Of a stretch of DNA of 64,000 nucleotides, positions 62,541 through 64,000 are shown one piece after another (the first letter of the stretch is position 1; every line of letters starts with the position of its first letter). Origin of the DNA: Fimbriosthenelais zetlandica (lineage: Eukaryota); the NCBI GenBank assembly GCA_977030845.1, contig OZ365118.1, forward strand, positions 2,790,001 to 2,854,000. Direction: 5' to 3'. Below the pieces are notes generated by a model. That model was not told the origin of the DNA and made no database searches. It worked only from the letters and a program-made list of their open reading frames with translations. The position numbers were made by a program, and so were the translations under genes.

Positions 62541-62610
62541 CCCCACCCTCCCCCTCCCTCCCCCTTCCTCCCCCTTCCTCCCCCACCCTCCCCCTCCCTC
62601 CCCCTTCCTC
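62541..62610. repeat. C-rich tandem repeat, 7 x 10 bp (ccccNYcctc)
   Basis: Directly visible. Confidence 0.9.
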
Positions 62611-62769
62611 TCTCACCACCACCCTATGTGTTGACTCACAATAAGAACCTATGGTAGCAGCCATATAGAAGGTCACACTGCCCCTGTCAATGTCTGGCTG
62701 CTATCGATGGAAAAAAACCACCTCCAATCGAGCGAGATAAAGTGGTTTTTAAGAGGGTATTTACTAATG

Positions 62770-62880
62770 TAAGCATGATACCACAGGGTGGAGGCTGGAC
62801 TCAATGCGCCCGCGATTATAGAAGACTTGACAAATCGTTGAAGCAATCATTTATTCTGCCACATATGGATGGTTGGTGAT
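62770..62880 (+). mobile_element. Short decayed reverse-transcriptase-like fragment
   Basis: MIPQGGGWTQCARDYRRLDKSLKQSFILPHMD resembles either Ty3/gypsy (W..C.DYR.LN....F.LP.ID) or L1 (IPK.GKD.TQC..YRPI). Confidence 0.25.
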
Positions 62881-64000
62881 AGAATGTGGCTGTGGGAGAT
62901 TCAGCATGCAATATGCCAGGCTCACCAAGCCTTTCACTGCCTCACGCCCCGGATTTGTGTGTCCAAGTCCCCGGGTAGACATGCACGGCTGTAGAATAGG
63001 TGACAGATACTAATGTAATCGGAGAGGCCCAGCCCTGGTCATATGAGATTATTTCACGCTGGACTTACACAGCCTGCTCCAGAGAGCCATTTCTATAGAC
63101 TACTAGCACTGAGGTGGTATGCAGGCTGGACGACCAGCTAACGCCAGTTAAGGTTGGGTATCTTTGGTGGCCTGCAAGCACTGATTTATGATTGCACCTT
63201 GCTAGATCTACTAACAGGCGTCTTTATATGCCAGACTCTAGCCAGGGAGTAGCCGGTAAGGCATACACATGGACCCTCTGGCCGTGGCTCGCCACTCCAC
63301 CTTGTGAGAGACCAAGGTTCAAGGGCCATTAAGAGCTCGCCAACATCCCGAAGGCTTGTCTTCAGACACGCCTCATGGCTTCAAATCCATACAGGTGGAC
63401 ATTCAGACGGATTCTCTCAGAATCTGTCAGTGTTTGGACATGCGGCCTCCAACCATCCCCCCCTCTCATACTCTAGAATTTCCAGTATTAAAAGTCACTA
63501 ATGTTATATATCAAACATATATGTGTTCGGTTTTTAGTATCTGTACCACAAGTCCCAAATACAGACCAGCAGCCTTGGACGTATTTTCCAACCCAATAGA
63601 GCATTCAAAAGGCAGGTCATTGCTGACCATCCAGGACTCACCTCTGTCCATCATGATGGTCAGTGCCACCTCGGACCATGGTCATTCACCATTGAGGGTC
63701 AAGGCCAGGCTGGACATTGTACCTAGCTTTTAAAGCTACATCTAGCTGGCACTGATTAGGATTCCTACCAGTACACCACCACACAAAAGCCTGTAAACAC
63801 TGGAGCAGCTGACACTGATGGTGATGATATGTAACCTTCCTCTCATTAAGGGTGACTTAACCTGTACCGACCAGCCTCAGAATGCCCCCGTCGCTTCCCA
63901 TAACGTCCACCAGGCTGCGGTGCTCTGCCGCAGACCACCAGCCCCACCTGCGTCCAGTCACAAATAGTTTAATCAGTCCCTGCCTAAATGGATTTGGCTT

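Noticed and set aside
63501-63525. miR-190-like sequence on the minus strand
   Set aside because: Seed mismatched (TATATGT versus GATATGT), 3' end differs, AT-rich coincidence.

Overview
Eukaryotic, vertebrate-like genomic DNA. It is CpG-depleted with local CpG-rich patches and full of microsatellites. The repeat types suggest an amphibian, which is inference only. There are no prokaryotic genes, rRNA, tRNA or CRISPR, and I could not recognise any intact protein-coding gene; all long ORFs are low-complexity or transposon debris. Supported content: (1) a promoter-like CpG/NRF1/ETS/E-box/CCAAT/TATA cluster at about 2.8-6.3 kb with candidate minus-strand UTR exons running off the left edge; (2) many heavily decayed L1-clade LINE remnants, mostly on the minus strand, the largest about 17.2-21.6 kb with endonuclease and RT motif relics in the correct order; (3) seven copies of a ~200-bp TTAA-flanked MITE with an unusual two-module structure; (4) a 30 x 46-bp minisatellite plus several smaller tandem repeats; (5) enhancer-like motif clusters; (6) plus-strand splice-bounded exon candidates, including three 12-nt microexon candidates with UGC-containing acceptors. 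The picture best fits long introns of a plus-strand gene next to a possibly bidirectional promoter, but all exon calls are unverified. I found no evidence of a clearly novel biological system. The microexon cluster, the splice-donor minisatellite and the MITE architecture are the best leads.
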